Positions 23,136-32,576 are shown, counted from the stretch's first letter. The stretch: 64,000 nucleotides of DNA from Patescibacteria group bacterium (GCA_963169855.1 CAUJCN010000002.1:709608-773607), one strand, 5' to 3'. Program-made: numbers and translations. Notes: generated from the letters alone by a model not told the origin.

Positions 23136-23199
23136 GATCCCAGAGTCTGGTTCGCGTACACAATTGCGTAAGTAATTGACTTACTGGACTCTCGGATTA
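23136..23199 (+). repeat. Rho-leader structured repeat, copy 2 (64 nt, ~85% identical to copy 1)
   Basis: gatcccagagtctggttcgcgtacacaattgcgtaagtaattgacttactggactctcggatta. Outer stem ccagagtc/gactctcgg and inner caatt...aattg. Confidence 0.7.
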
Positions 23200-23317
23200 A
23201 CTAATAGGCTTCTATTTTAAGTTCCCTAGTATTTTCACCCTCGTAGTTAATTGATATACTATAAAAAATCCCATTTCCCTTACAATTAATATTTAGTAAT
23301 TTATTTCATTTATTTAT

Positions 23318-24688
23318 ATGCCAGTAAAGAAAGACACAACTTCAAACACTGTAGTTAAGAAGGAAGAAACCTCAAAACCAAAAGAATCACCTATGAATGT
23401 ACCTCAGAGAAAAGATTCAATCGCGAAATCAACAAGTATTCACGATTTAGAAGAAAAATCATTGGTGGATTTGAGAAAGATCGCCGAAGATTTGAAGATC
23501 ACAAATTTCTTAGATTTTCAGAAATCAGACCTAATTTTAGCTATCGTAGCTGAAGAAACAAAAAGAGGAGGTAATATTTTCGCAGAAGGATTCCTAGAGA
23601 TTATCAAAGATTCTCATGGAGTTTTGAGAAGCGGAACAATGCTTCCAGGAGAGAACGATGTATACATTTCAGGTTCTCAAATTAAAAGATTTAACTTAAG
23701 ACAAGGAGACCTTATTTCTGGTCAAGCTAGACCTCCAAAAGAAGGAGAAAGATACCTAAGTTTATTAAAGGTAGAAGCCATCAATAACATAAGCCCAGAA
23801 AAGGCTTTGTCTAGAGCAACATTTCAGAAATTAACTCCAATTTATCCAGATAAGCAAATCAAGTTAGAAACTACTCAGCATGTTTTATCTACTAGAATTA
23901 TTGACCTTTTGTGCCCAATTGGAAAAGGACAAAGAGGTATGATTGTTGCTCCTCCAAAAGCAGGAAAAACTTGGTTGCTAAAAGATATCGCTGAAGGTAT
24001 CGCAATTAATCACCCAGAAATCCACTTAATGGTTGTTTTGGTTGGAGAAAGACCAGAAGAAGTTACAGATCTTCAGAGATTTGTAAAAGGAGAGGTTATT
24101 GCAGCTAACTTTGACGAACAACCTGATTATCACACAAAGATAGCAGAAATGGCCGTAGAACGAGCTAAGAGACTGGTTGAATACGGAAAGGATGTAGTTG
24201 TGCTAATGGACAGTATTACAAGGCTTGCAAGAGCGTATAACATCATTGCACCACAGTCAGGAAGAACTCTTTCGGGAGGTTTCGACCCTGTAGCTATTTT
24301 CCCACCTAAAAAGTTCTTCGGAGCTGCTAGAAACATGGAAAATGGAGGAAGTTTAACTATCATCGCAACTGCTTTAGTTGATACTGGTTCTAAGATGGAC
24401 GAAGTTATCTTCGAAGAATTCAAAGGAACTGGAAACATGGAAGTAAAACTAGATAGAAAACTTGCAGAAAAGAGAATTTACCCTGCAATAGACGTAACAC
24501 AATCGTATACAAGAAACGAGGATAAGCTTCTGTCGTCTGAGGTATTGGCTCAAACTTGGAGAGTTGTAAGAATGTTGGATACTATCAAATCAGAAACGAA
24601 CGCAAACCCAGCAGAAATGCTTATTGCTAGAATCAAAAAGACTAAGAATAATGAAGAATTCTTAGCTACTTTACACGAAAGTCTATAA
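23318..24688 (+). CDS. rho: Transcription termination factor Rho (456 aa)
   Basis: N-terminal helix bundle ([14 protein letters not shown]), OB/RNA-binding region, Walker A APPKAGKT, Walker [16 protein letters not shown]-terminal ATPase. Confidence 0.9.
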   Translation: MPVKKDTTSNTVVKKEETSKPKESPMNVPQRKDSIAKSTSIHDLEEKSLVDLRKIAEDLKITNFLDFQKSDLILAIVAEETKRGGNIFAEGFLEIIKDSHGVLRSGTMLPGENDVYISGSQIKRFNLRQGDLISGQARPPKEGERYLSLLKVEAINNISPEKALSRATFQKLTPIYPDKQIKLETTQHVLSTRIIDLLCPIGKGQRGMIVAPPKAGKTWLLKDIAEGIAINHPEIHLMVVLVGERPEEVTDLQRFVKGEVIAANFDEQPDYHTKIAEMAVERAKRLVEYGKDVVVLMDSITRLARAYNIIAPQSGRTLSGGFDPVAIFPPKKFFGAARNMENGGSLTIIATALVDTGSKMDEVIFEEFKGTGNMEVKLDRKLAEKRIYPAIDVTQSYTRNEDKLLSSEVLAQTWRVVRMLDTIKSETNANPAEMLIARIKKTKNNEEFLATLHESL

Positions 24689-24699
24689 GAACTCCCCTG

Positions 24700-24738
24700 A
24701 CTCCGCAAAACGGAGACTTCCCCTCTTTGTAAGAGGGG
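24700..24738 (+). other. Two GC-rich hairpins downstream of rho, with no U tract
   Basis: ctccg-caaaa-cggag and cccctc-tttgtaa-gagggg. Neither is followed by a T-run, so they are a weak or atypical terminator. Confidence 0.3.
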
Positions 24739-24812
24739 AAATCCTGATTCATCGGGATAGGGAGCTCTTGTCATGTGACTAGAAATCCTTAAAAATGGTA
24801 TAATTACATACT

Positions 24813-25907
24813 ATGGAATTTAAACCAAAAGAGTCTACTAGACCTGGATTAAGGGAAAAAGTGCTTTTTGAGATTAAAAAACAACAATCTAGAATTGTTG
24901 CTAACTCTCACTGGGGTAGAAGCTATACCTACAAACAGCTTATTCACATTTCTATTATTGCTATAACTATTGGTGTTTTTGCAAGTGGTTTAAACGCAAG
25001 AGCAACTACTGCTAATAATGAAATTCAATATGCCAGTGCTGCTTCTTACACAAACGTAGATACCTTACAACAAGGAGCATTCATAGAAACTCAAGTATCT
25101 GTTACAGGAAGTTTAAACTTCAGTTTCAGTGAATATACTGTTCAACCAGGTGATTCTGTTCAATCCATTGCCGACCAATTTGCAATTTCCAAAGATACTT
25201 TAAAATGGGCAAATGCAATTATCGACTATTACTCCGAAGCAATTGATGCTGGTACGAAACTTGTTGTTCCAGAAATCGATGGAGTTCTTTATCAAGTACA
25301 AGAAGGCGATACACTAGATTCTGTTCTAGAAAAAACTTCTGGTGATAGATTCCAAGTGGTAGAAATTAATCAATTGCTGGGTCCAGAGTTCAAACTGGCT
25401 ACGGGTATTAGAATTTTAGTGCCAGGAGGAAAGTTAGAAATTGCACCTCCACCAGCACCAGAACCTGCTCAAGGACAGACTTATTATTACTATACTGGTC
25501 CAGCTGTTGATGTTTCAGCTCTAGCAGGAATATCATTTATAAACCCTATGGGTGCTTGCGGTGGATATACAGAAAGTAGAGGATACTTACCTTGGCATAA
25601 CGGAGTAGACTTATCTGGAGCTTATGGATGTCCTATCGTTGCCGCTGCAGCTGGAGTTGTTGACTATGTAGGTTGGTCTAACTGGGGAGAAGGAAATATG
25701 GTTAGAATTTATCATGGAAATGGTGTTTATACTTCCTACTATCACGGCAGTGGGTTTGGTCCAATTTCCTTAGGACAACAAGTAAATGCAGGGGATTTAA
25801 TCATGTACGAAGGAAGTACAGGTAACTCCACAGGTCCTCACTTACACTTCGGGTTAAGATTGGGAGCTTACGACTTTATTGATCCAAGACCGTACGTTCC
25901 TTGGTAA
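24813..25907 (+). CDS. M23 (LytM-type) peptidase with an N-terminal TM and two LysM-like domains
   Basis: LysM-like YTVQPGDSVQSIADQF and YQVQEGDTLDSVLEK. C-terminal M23 motifs ...HNGVDLSG... and HGSG...TGNSTGPHLHFGL. Confidence 0.75.
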   Translation: MEFKPKESTRPGLREKVLFEIKKQQSRIVANSHWGRSYTYKQLIHISIIAITIGVFASGLNARATTANNEIQYASAASYTNVDTLQQGAFIETQVSVTGSLNFSFSEYTVQPGDSVQSIADQFAISKDTLKWANAIIDYYSEAIDAGTKLVVPEIDGVLYQVQEGDTLDSVLEKTSGDRFQVVEINQLLGPEFKLATGIRILVPGGKLEIAPPPAPEPAQGQTYYYYTGPAVDVSALAGISFINPMGACGGYTESRGYLPWHNGVDLSGAYGCPIVAAAAGVVDYVGWSNWGEGNMVRIYHGNGVYTSYYHGSGFGPISLGQQVNAGDLIMYEGSTGNSTGPHLHFGLRLGAYDFIDPRPYVPW

Positions 25908-25921
25908 AATTCCAGGAGCTT

Positions 25922-26428
25922 TTAAGCTTCATTAATCCACTGATTTAAATCAAAAAAAGGTCTTTTCCACTTTGGTAAAGATTCTCTCTTAGCAGCGATT
26001 ACGGCATCATGAGCTTCTTTTGCATCTTGAACTCTTTTCTGAACTGACGCTACATATAGTTCAGGATCTTTAAATTCTGATTCACGGAAATCTTGCCGAG
26101 CTTTGAAGATGAATTCTAAAGTGTCACTAATCATTTTTAGTTCCCAAACGATGAAATGAGCTGCCATTTCTTCCGAAAAGCTAACTGTACTAATGAAAGC
26201 ATTAAATACAGCATCATCTAGGATAGCTTTCAATGCAATAGGGTTAGTTATTGGTGATCGGTGCATTGATTGGATCGCTTTTAAAAACATTACTCGATTT
26301 CCGCCTGATTTAAATGGATCACATGCAAGATCAGCTTTAAGTTTTTCTAATTTTTCAACGGCTTCTCTTTCGGCAATTGCTGCTACGCCCATCTTTTCAT
26401 ACCAATCGCTATAATCATTCATTCTCAT
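25922..26428 (-). CDS. Hypothetical protein (168 aa)
   Basis: Intact ORF with no recognisable motif. A tataat-like -10 lies ~25 nt upstream on the minus strand. Confidence 0.4.
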   Translation of the reverse strand: MRMNDYSDWYEKMGVAAIAEREAVEKLEKLKADLACDPFKSGGNRVMFLKAIQSMHRSPITNPIALKAILDDAVFNAFISTVSFSEEMAAHFIVWELKMISDTLEFIFKARQDFRESEFKDPELYVASVQKRVQDAKEAHDAVIAAKRESLPKWKRPFFDLNQWINEA

Positions 26429-26538
26429 ATTGAAGTTTTAACTATTGGGATTATAGAGCTTAGGGTAGGGAAGTGTAAATATCCTTGGTAGGAGTCTCCA
26501 CCTGCGCCAAGGCTACGGTGGACATGGAACCTACAATA

Positions 26539-26610
26539 TATCCCTAGTAGGAATCGAACCTACATCTGAGCCTTAGGAGTGCCCTGTTCTATCCGTTGAA
26601 CTATAGGGAC
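26539..26610 (-). tRNA. tRNA-Arg (anticodon CCT)
   Basis: Minus-strand cloverleaf: acceptor gtcccta/tagggat (G1:U72), D arm gttc-aacggata-gaac, anticodon loop ctCCTaa with one 31:39 mismatch, T arm gtagg-ttcgatt-cctac, discriminator A. Confidence 0.6.
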
Positions 26611-26683
26611 GGATACATTTCTAGCCATTGCCTGCCTGCCGAAGCATTTAATGCGTAAGTAGGAGCTACAAGGACAACTCTGA

Positions 26684-26712
26684 ATTATACCAAAAGATCC
26701 TGGATTAAATCC
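26684..26712 (-). terminator. Rho-independent terminator of ndk (minus strand)
   Basis: Minus-strand gatcccgga-tttaa-tccaggatc hairpin followed by TTTT. Confidence 0.5.
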
Positions 26713-26738
26713 GGGATCTGAGCGTACTAATTGATAGA

Positions 26739-27338
26739 TTATTCTCTATTTTCCCAATCAAGAGAGTAGAGAACTTTTTCGATTGCTAAGTCGTAATGAT
26801 GAATTTCATCTTCTGTGAACCAGATTTTGATTTCATTTTCTGCTTCTTCTACAGTTCCAGATGCGTGAACTAGATTTCTAACCGCTCTTTCTGAATCGTC
26901 TGCGATAAAGTAAGAATCGATTGTTAAGTCTGCAGTAATAGATCCAACATCAGCAGATAAAGGATTTGTTGCTCCTCTAATTTTTCGAACGTGTCCAACA
27001 GCATGCGCACCTTCGATAACCATAACTACAACAGGTCCAGCTGTAATGTAAGTTAAAAGTTTTTTCTGAATATCTTTAGCAATTTCGATTGGAGTCCTAG
27101 TTACTTCGATTCCCTTTTCTTTGTAAGCAGCAATAGTTCGTTCTCCTAATGTAATCATTGCTGATTCTGGTTGATCGTAATGCTTCTCTGCTTGAGCCAT
27201 TGTTGGCCAAACCATCTTCATCGCAGCGATTTTTAAACCTTTTCTTTCGAATCTAGAGATAACTTCTCCGATTAATCCTCTTTGTACTGAATCTGGTTTT
27301 AAGATAACCAAAGATCTCTCTATATGAGTGTTGTTCAT
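26739..27338 (-). CDS. ndk: Nucleoside diphosphate kinase (199 aa, with an internal insertion of roughly 45 aa)
   Basis: SLVILKPDSVQRGLIGEVISRFERKGLKIAAMK and the active-site NLVHASGTVEEAENEIKIWF (N-x-x-H-[GA]-S). It is longer than the usual ~140 aa. Confidence 0.75.
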   Translation of the reverse strand: MNNTHIERSLVILKPDSVQRGLIGEVISRFERKGLKIAAMKMVWPTMAQAEKHYDQPESAMITLGERTIAAYKEKGIEVTRTPIEIAKDIQKKLLTYITAGPVVVMVIEGAHAVGHVRKIRGATNPLSADVGSITADLTIDSYFIADDSERAVRNLVHASGTVEEAENEIKIWFTEDEIHHYDLAIEKVLYSLDWENRE

Positions 27339-27364
27339 AAAATGTAGATAATAATTTGTTAAAT

Positions 27365-27994
27365 TTAGAAGTTTACTTTGCTTTTTATTACTTCTAGGAT
27401 TGAAGATTTTACCTCTTCTATCGATCTATTACCATCAATTTCGATCCAATCTCCAAATTCGTTTCTTGATTTCATTAACTTGTAAATCTCTCGAAGTCTT
27501 TTTTGCTTGTCTAAACTTCTTTCGAACATATCCAAACCTTCTTCATGCCCATCTTCGTGTGCTTTTCTATCCATCGCGATAGCTGGATCTACATCGATGT
27601 AAATAGTTAGGTCTGGTTCAGGAATTCTGAAATCTTTAGCATAAGCCAATAATTTTTCATGTTCAACTTGACCCATTAAATGTGCCTGATATGCGATTGT
27701 AGTAGTGAAATAACCGTCCGCAAGATACAAAGAGTCATTTGTATTCACATGTGGCCAAATATTGTCTGTTTCGAGCGTTTTATCTAATAAGAATGCTAGC
27801 AACCAAGATTCGTTGTTCATTTCGATCTCGCCCTGCAAGGCCCTGTGGGTTAGAACAGAGTAGAAGTCGTTGTGTAAAGGAAATCCTTGAGATTTTAGAT
27901 TAAATTCAGGGTGTTCTGTTTGGATTAATTTAGTTAGTTCTTCGCGCTGCTTGCCTTTTCCTCCTCCGTCAATTGATTCTAAAACAATAAACAT
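27365..27994 (-). CDS. tmk: Thymidylate kinase-like (dTMP kinase family)
   Basis: P-loop-like FIVLESIDGGGKGKQ and the DRY-motif position LADGYF. The size and fold pattern match Tmk. Several motifs are divergent. Confidence 0.5.
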   Translation of the reverse strand: MFIVLESIDGGGKGKQREELTKLIQTEHPEFNLKSQGFPLHNDFYSVLTHRALQGEIEMNNESWLLAFLLDKTLETDNIWPHVNTNDSLYLADGYFTTTIAYQAHLMGQVEHEKLLAYAKDFRIPEPDLTIYIDVDPAIAMDRKAHEDGHEEGLDMFERSLDKQKRLREIYKLMKSRNEFGDWIEIDGNRSIEEVKSSILEVIKSKVNF

Positions 27995-28042
27995 AATTTA
28001 AGTTCTAACCAAATAAAGTTTATCATACAAAATCAAGGGTAC

Positions 28043-28065
28043 AAAAAATCCCGCTTTTCAGCGGG
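28043..28065 (-). terminator. Minus-strand terminator (second of two) downstream of rplL
   Basis: Minus strand: cccgc-tgaaaa-gcggg followed by TTTTTT. Confidence 0.5.
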
Positions 28066-28083
28066 TAGAGTAGATAAGTAGAT

Positions 28084-28106
28084 AAAAAAACCCTGCTTTC
28101 GCAGGG
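28084..28106 (-). terminator. Minus-strand rho-independent terminator immediately downstream of rplL
   Basis: Minus strand: ccctgc-gaaa-gcaggg followed by TTTTTTT. Confidence 0.6.
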
Positions 28107-28156
28107 TTGAATTAATTCTAAGAATCGAACAGCTTAACGCTGTTCTCTTCAAGAAA

Positions 28157-28546
28157 TTACTTCACTTCAACTTCTCCTCCTTCAGCTTCGATTTGTTTCT
28201 TAATGTCTTCAGCTTCTTCTTTCTTTGCTCCTTCCTTGATTGGCTTTGGTGCTGCATCAACAAGATCTTTAGCTTCTTTTAAGCCTAATCCTGTGATAGT
28301 CTTTACCACTTTGATAACTCCAATCTTTTTGTCAGCAGGAACTGATTTTAGAATTACATCGAATTCTGTCTTTTCCTCTGCTGCTTCTCCAGCTGCTGCA
28401 CCTGCTACAGGCATTGCTGCCATTGCCATAGGAGCTGCTGCTTTTACATCAAAAGTTTCTTCTAGAGATTTCTTTAATTCGAAAGCTTCTACTACAGATA
28501 ACTCTTTGATTGCATCGACAATCTTTTGAACTTTGTCTGTTGCCAT
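28157..28546 (-). CDS. rplL: 50S ribosomal protein L7/L12
   Basis: [32 protein letters not shown]..., Ala-rich hinge, C-terminal domain [24 protein letters not shown]. Confidence 0.9.
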   Translation of the reverse strand: MATDKVQKIVDAIKELSVVEAFELKKSLEETFDVKAAAPMAMAAMPVAGAAAGEAAEEKTEFDVILKSVPADKKIGVIKVVKTITGLGLKEAKDLVDAAPKPIKEGAKKEEAEDIKKQIEAEGGEVEVK

Positions 28547-28582
28547 ACTATAAAAATAATAATTAACTAAATATTAAGTTTT

Positions 28583-29116
28583 TTACTTACCTTCGTAAGC
28601 CATATCGATAATAGTTGCGATTGATCGAACTGGGTCTTCCAGCACATTTACTACAGAGCTCATAGCATTATCAAGTACACCAAGAATCAATCCGATTGAA
28701 GTCTTCTTGTCTGGCATATCTGCTAATTCACTAACCTGTTCTGCACTTAGTACTGCATTTTCAAGGTAACCTGCAACTAACGCTACCTTTTTATCTTTTT
28801 CTTTGGTAATAGTTTTGTCTACGAATTTCTGCAACAATTTTGATGGTTGGATATAATCCTCACCCATGAACATTACCGCGTATTCACCCGCTTCCATCTC
28901 TAAACCAGAGATATCAGATTCCTTTAAGGCAATTTTGAACAAAGAGTTCTTAACTACATTAAAGCTTGCTCCAAAGTCAAAAATATCTCTTCTAAATTGA
29001 GAAACTTCGTTAGGTGTAAGCTTTGAAGGCTTTACAATTACGAAAGATGTCGCTTTAGCGATTTTATCTTTGTATTCGGCTACAACATTTTTCTTTTGAT
29101 CTTTTGTTTTTGCCAT
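28583..29116 (-). CDS. rplJ: 50S ribosomal protein L10
   Basis: 177-aa ORF with an L10-family N-terminus. It sits between rplA and rplL as in the canonical operon. Confidence 0.85.
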   Translation of the reverse strand: MAKTKDQKKNVVAEYKDKIAKATSFVIVKPSKLTPNEVSQFRRDIFDFGASFNVVKNSLFKIALKESDISGLEMEAGEYAVMFMGEDYIQPSKLLQKFVDKTITKEKDKKVALVAGYLENAVLSAEQVSELADMPDKKTSIGLILGVLDNAMSSVVNVLEDPVRSIATIIDMAYEGK

Positions 29117-29284
29117 ATTAGCAAGTAAATAAATTATTTTATTAAAAAAGCACTCTTTCGAGTGCTCTAATAATCAATTTAAATTTCTATCTCTAGAATT
29201 GATTCTTAAAGTCTCGGTAGGATTTACGATTTCTCGACCCACTGTCTATGACCTTTCTACTACGCCAAGGCTTCGTAGAATCGT
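29117..29284 (-). promoter_or_regulatory. rplJ leader (L10 autoregulatory leader / attenuator region)
   Basis: Minus strand contains the stem ctacgaagcc...ggcgtag and the attenuator-like hairpin gcactcgaaagagtgc followed by TTTTTT, just upstream of the rplJ start. Confidence 0.4.
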
Positions 29285-29938
29285 TTATAGATTTTTGATT
29301 ATATCATTAACATCAACTTTTACGCTAGATCCCATAGTAGGCTTTACAATTACCTGTTTAAATGGACTAGATCCGTATTTCTTTACATCAACAGAAAGAG
29401 CTCTAAAGAAAGCGATAATGTTTTCTTCGATCTGTTCTGCTGTCATATCCAATTTAGCAATCTTCAACTTGATAACTCCTTGATCCTGGATTGATTTGTA
29501 ACTTGATCTTCCAGATTTGAAACTAGCAACTGCTTTTCCAACTTCCTGAGAGATTGTTCCATTCTTTGGGTTTGGCATTAATCCTTTAGGTCCAAGAATT
29601 TTTCCTAATCTTACTAGCTTAGGCATTGCAGATGGAGTAGCGATAACTACATCGAAATCTCCAAAACCACCTTCTAATTCTTTTGATAGATCATCCATTC
29701 CAGCTTTAACAGCTCCTGCTTCTAAAGCTTCTTTTACTAGGTTTTCTTCGCAGAAAACGATTACTTTTTTGTCTTCTCCGAATGTATTAGGTAAAGCAAA
29801 GCTTCCTCTAATAACATCTTTCTTTTGTTTTTCTTTTAAGTTTAGCTGCACATCCAAATCAACAGAACCAACAAATTTAGATTTGCTTAATTCAGGTAAT
29901 TGTTTTACGGCTTCTTTTAATGCGATTGGATTACTCAT
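29285..29938 (-). CDS. rplA: 50S ribosomal protein L1
   Basis: 217 aa, L1 family (..FGEDKKVIVFCEENLVKEALEAGA.., ..IATPSAMPKLVRLGKILGPKGLMPNPKNGT..). Confidence 0.9.
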   Translation of the reverse strand: MSNPIALKEAVKQLPELSKSKFVGSVDLDVQLNLKEKQKKDVIRGSFALPNTFGEDKKVIVFCEENLVKEALEAGAVKAGMDDLSKELEGGFGDFDVVIATPSAMPKLVRLGKILGPKGLMPNPKNGTISQEVGKAVASFKSGRSSYKSIQDQGVIKLKIAKLDMTAEQIEENIIAFFRALSVDVKKYGSSPFKQVIVKPTMGSSVKVDVNDIIKNL

Positions 29939-29941
29939 AGT

Positions 29942-30367
29942 TTATTCGATAACTTCTATACCTAAGCTTTTTGCTACACCAGCAACAATATTAACTGCTG
30001 ACTTCACATTTTTTGTATTTAAATCAGGAAGTTTTCTTTCGGCGATTTCCAAAAGTTCACTTTTCTTCACTGTTTTAATTTTATCTTTATTTGGTGTTCC
30101 AGATCCTTTTTCAAGTTTGAACTTTTTCTTTAACATACCAGCAACAGTTGGTTGCTTATATTCTAATTTGAAAGTTCTATCTTTGAATACAGTTACAATA
30201 ACTGGAATTTCTTCTTCTCCCATTCCTGCAGTTTTTGCATTGAATTGAGTACAGAATTCCTGAATATTGATTCCGTTTTGTCCTAGAACAGGTCCTAGTG
30301 GAGGAGCTGGATTAGCTTTTCCTGCCATTATCTGTACTTTGAATGTACTTGTAATTTCCTTTGCCAT
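29942..30367 (-). CDS. rplK: 50S ribosomal protein L11
   Basis: MAKEITSTFKVQIMAGKANPAPPLGPVLGQNGINIQEFC... Confidence 0.9.
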   Translation of the reverse strand: MAKEITSTFKVQIMAGKANPAPPLGPVLGQNGINIQEFCTQFNAKTAGMGEEEIPVIVTVFKDRTFKLEYKQPTVAGMLKKKFKLEKGSGTPNKDKIKTVKKSELLEIAERKLPDLNTKNVKSAVNIVAGVAKSLGIEVIE

Positions 30368-30377
30368 ATTGTTTTAC

Positions 30378-30998
30378 TTAATTAGTGTCCGATAACTTAG
30401 ATAACATCAAAAGGTCAATATCAACTGGTGTATCTCTATCGAACAGAGATAATAACACTCTTGCCTTGCCTTTGTCTTCACTTACGCTTTCAATTGTACC
30501 GATGAATTCCTTGAAAGGACCTTCGATAACTTTTACTGCGTCTCCAACATTAAATAGAACTTTGTAAGTAGGTTCTGATTTAACTTCGATAAATCCTAAC
30601 TGTTTATCATCTAAAGCAGTTGGAAGTTTTGGTTTTGCAGTCATACCTAAGAAGCTTTGAACTCCTTCTGTATTTCTTACTAATTGCAAAGTATTTTCAT
30701 TTGCAATCATTCTTACAAAAACATATCCAGGGTAAATTCTTTCCTGAACAGTAGTTTTCTTTCCTCTTACAATAGCTATTTTCTCCTGAACAGGGACAAC
30801 AGCATCAATAATTTCGTTTTCTAAATTGTTAGCTCTTGCTCTTACTTTAATTAGTTTTGCAACGCTATTTTCTTTTCCAGATGCGCTAGCTAGAATGTAC
30901 CACTTTAAATCAGGGTTTGATTCAATAGATGGGTCTAGTTTTACATCTTCAACAATATCCTGTACTTCCTCTTCCTTTTTTGTAACTTTTTTAGCCAT
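30378..30998 (-). CDS. nusG: Transcription antitermination factor NusG
   Basis: NGN domain (WYILASASGKENSVAKLI...) and KOW motif GDAVKVIEGPFKEFIGTIESV. Position in the secE-nusG-rplK-rplA context. Confidence 0.85.
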   Translation of the reverse strand: MAKKVTKKEEEVQDIVEDVKLDPSIESNPDLKWYILASASGKENSVAKLIKVRARANNLENEIIDAVVPVQEKIAIVRGKKTTVQERIYPGYVFVRMIANENTLQLVRNTEGVQSFLGMTAKPKLPTALDDKQLGFIEVKSEPTYKVLFNVGDAVKVIEGPFKEFIGTIESVSEDKGKARVLLSLFDRDTPVDIDLLMLSKLSDTN

Positions 30999-31001
30999 AA
31001 C

Positions 31002-31196
31002 TTAGAAAATAACTAAATCTCTGATCCTGATTATAACAGTATCTAATGCGAAAATTAACACAACACTAACGATAATGAACACGAAAATAAAAAATCCCCA
31101 TCCTAGTGCTTTGCTTCTTGGAATATAAGTAACTTGCTTTAATTCAGCAACTACTTTCCCAAAAAAACTTCTTATATTTTTAAAAATTCTAAACAT
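31002..31196 (-). CDS. secE: Preprotein translocase subunit SecE (64 aa)
   Basis: Single TM (GWGFFIFVFIIVSVVLIFAL), preceding motif ELKQVTYIPRSKAL, located upstream of nusG. Confidence 0.8.
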   Translation of the reverse strand: MFRIFKNIRSFFGKVVAELKQVTYIPRSKALGWGFFIFVFIIVSVVLIFALDTVIIRIRDLVIF

Positions 31197-31220
31197 ATTA
31201 ATTTCAAATTGTGAATAATT

Positions 31221-31295
31221 TGGCAGGGCCGCCAGGATTTGAACCCGGGCGAAGGATTTTGGAGATCCTCATGCTACCAGCTACATCACAGCCCT
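31221..31295 (-). tRNA. tRNA-Trp (CCA)
   Basis: Minus strand: acceptor agggctg/cggccct, anticodon loop ctCCAaa, T arm ccggg-ttcaaat-cctgg, encoded CCA. It sits upstream of secE as in the canonical tRNA-Trp-secE-nusG arrangement. Confidence 0.8.
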
Positions 31296-31400
31296 AAATA
31301 AATTAAGATCAAAGATTAAAAATTAAAAGATCAAAGTCGATTTTCAAACCTTTAAACTTTTTACCTTTAATCCTTTCTCTAGGACCGGTTTATTAAATAT

Positions 31401-31586
31401 CTATTTAACCTTCTTGGTTAATTTAAATTCAGTATGTTTTCTTAGCTTCTTGCTATATTTCTTAATAACTTTATCAGTTAAATCTTCAGAAGATTTCTTT
31501 GATAACTTTACTGTGTAATGTTCTCCAGTCTCTGCGTTAATAAATCTGAAAACGTTTGATTTCTTTTTCTTTGATGAACCTGCCAT
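31401..31586 (-). CDS. rpmG: 50S ribosomal protein L33
   Basis: 61 aa. ..NVFRFINAETGEHYTVKLSKK...KLRKHTEFKLTKKVK follows the L33 pattern. Sits upstream of tRNA-Trp/secE. Confidence 0.65.
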   Translation of the reverse strand: MAGSSKKKKSNVFRFINAETGEHYTVKLSKKSSEDLTDKVIKKYSKKLRKHTEFKLTKKVK

Positions 31587-31688
31587 GCGATATGTGATTA
31601 AACTTGAAGATTATATCGTTATATTCGAATATTTTCAATTCAATTTTAGTAGTAAATACAATAAAAGTAGGACTTTTCGGCTTAAAAA

Positions 31689-32576
31689 CTAAAAAGTTTG
31701 GTTGTAACCGCTTTTTTGAGCAGTTTTTAGTGAGATTTCCCCAATTAAAGTGAAGTAAGTTTCTGAAAATATTGAGTAAGATTGCTTTCCAATAGACACT
31801 TTGATAGTTCCAAACTCATCAGTCCGAAGAACTTTTGAGTTATTTAGAATAGATAGAACATCGTTGGAAGGATGACCGTATGAGTTATTCTTTCCAGAGG
31901 AGATTATGCTAACTTCGGGATTAAGAGTCTCAACAAATTCTTTAGAAGTAGAGTATCGACTACCATGGTGTGATACTTTTAGTAAATCGACATCACCGAT
32001 AACATTCGAAAGTTTGTTCTCGTAGTAAGAACTTAGATCGCCACCAAAAAACGCTTTGAATTGATTAACAGTAAGGACAAAAGATATAGATGCATCGTTG
32101 CTAGATATTTCAAAGAATTGCTCTAGATTCAATGGCCAAATGAACTCTATAGATGAATAGTTGTCGATCATAATCTTCGCACCTGAAAGTGGGGTTAGAT
32201 TTTTAATATTATTTTCTGAAATAGCAACTTTAAGATTCTCTAATGATTTAGATTCTTTGTTCAGAGGAGGGAGAATTATCTGCTTTATTTCGTAGTATTT
32301 AATAAGATTGAGGATTTCCCCATAATGGTCGGAGTCAAAGTGACTTATGATTAGTAGATCTATAATTTTTCTTGGATAAAGAATTAGATCAAGTTCATCC
32401 AGTAGACTTGTTGAGTTTCCTGTATCTATTAGCACAATTTTATTGTCGAAAGTTCTAATCACAGTTGAATCGCCTTGTCCAATATTCAGAAAGCTAATCT
32501 CGAAATTCTGAACAGGAGAGTAGCTTAAAAAGCTAAATGAAAGAGATACTATTAATAAAATTAGGACTTTAGCCAC
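31689..32576 (-). CDS. comEC: ComEC C-terminal metallo-beta-lactamase-fold domain protein (295 aa). The ORF is separate from the upstream ComEC membrane part
   Basis: GTG start at 32576. MBL motifs SFLNIGQGDSTVI..., LIISHFDSDHYGEI, KVSHHGSRYSTS. N-terminal hydrophobic segment. Confidence 0.65.
   Translation of the reverse strand: MAKVLILLIVSLSFSFLSYSPVQNFEISFLNIGQGDSTVIRTFDNKIVLIDTGNSTSLLDELDLILYPRKIIDLLIISHFDSDHYGEILNLIKYYEIKQIILPPLNKESKSLENLKVAISENNIKNLTPLSGAKIMIDNYSSIEFIWPLNLEQFFEISSNDASISFVLTVNQFKAFFGGDLSSYYENKLSNVIGDVDLLKVSHHGSRYSTSKEFVETLNPEVSIISSGKNNSYGHPSNDVLSILNNSKVLRTDEFGTIKVSIGKQSYSIFSETYFTLIGEISLKTAQKSGYNQTF

Noticed and set aside
22840-23317. CRISPR array or RNase P RNA in the long clpC-rho intergenic region (gtgaaagtcc resembles part of the P4 region)
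   Set aside because: There are only two repeat copies and they are tandem and imperfect, with no spacer-like unique inserts and no cas genes. No other RNase P conserved blocks (GGAAAGUCCGGGCUCC, AGGGUGAAANGGUGCGGUAAGAGCGCACC) were found.
28203-30567. Plus-strand track ORFs antisense to rplL, rplA, rplK and nusG, and similar antisense ORFs opposite ftsH, polA, rho, clpC, topA and others
   Set aside because: They lie entirely within well-supported genes on the opposite strand and have Ser/Phe/Leu-rich antisense-type composition with no motifs.
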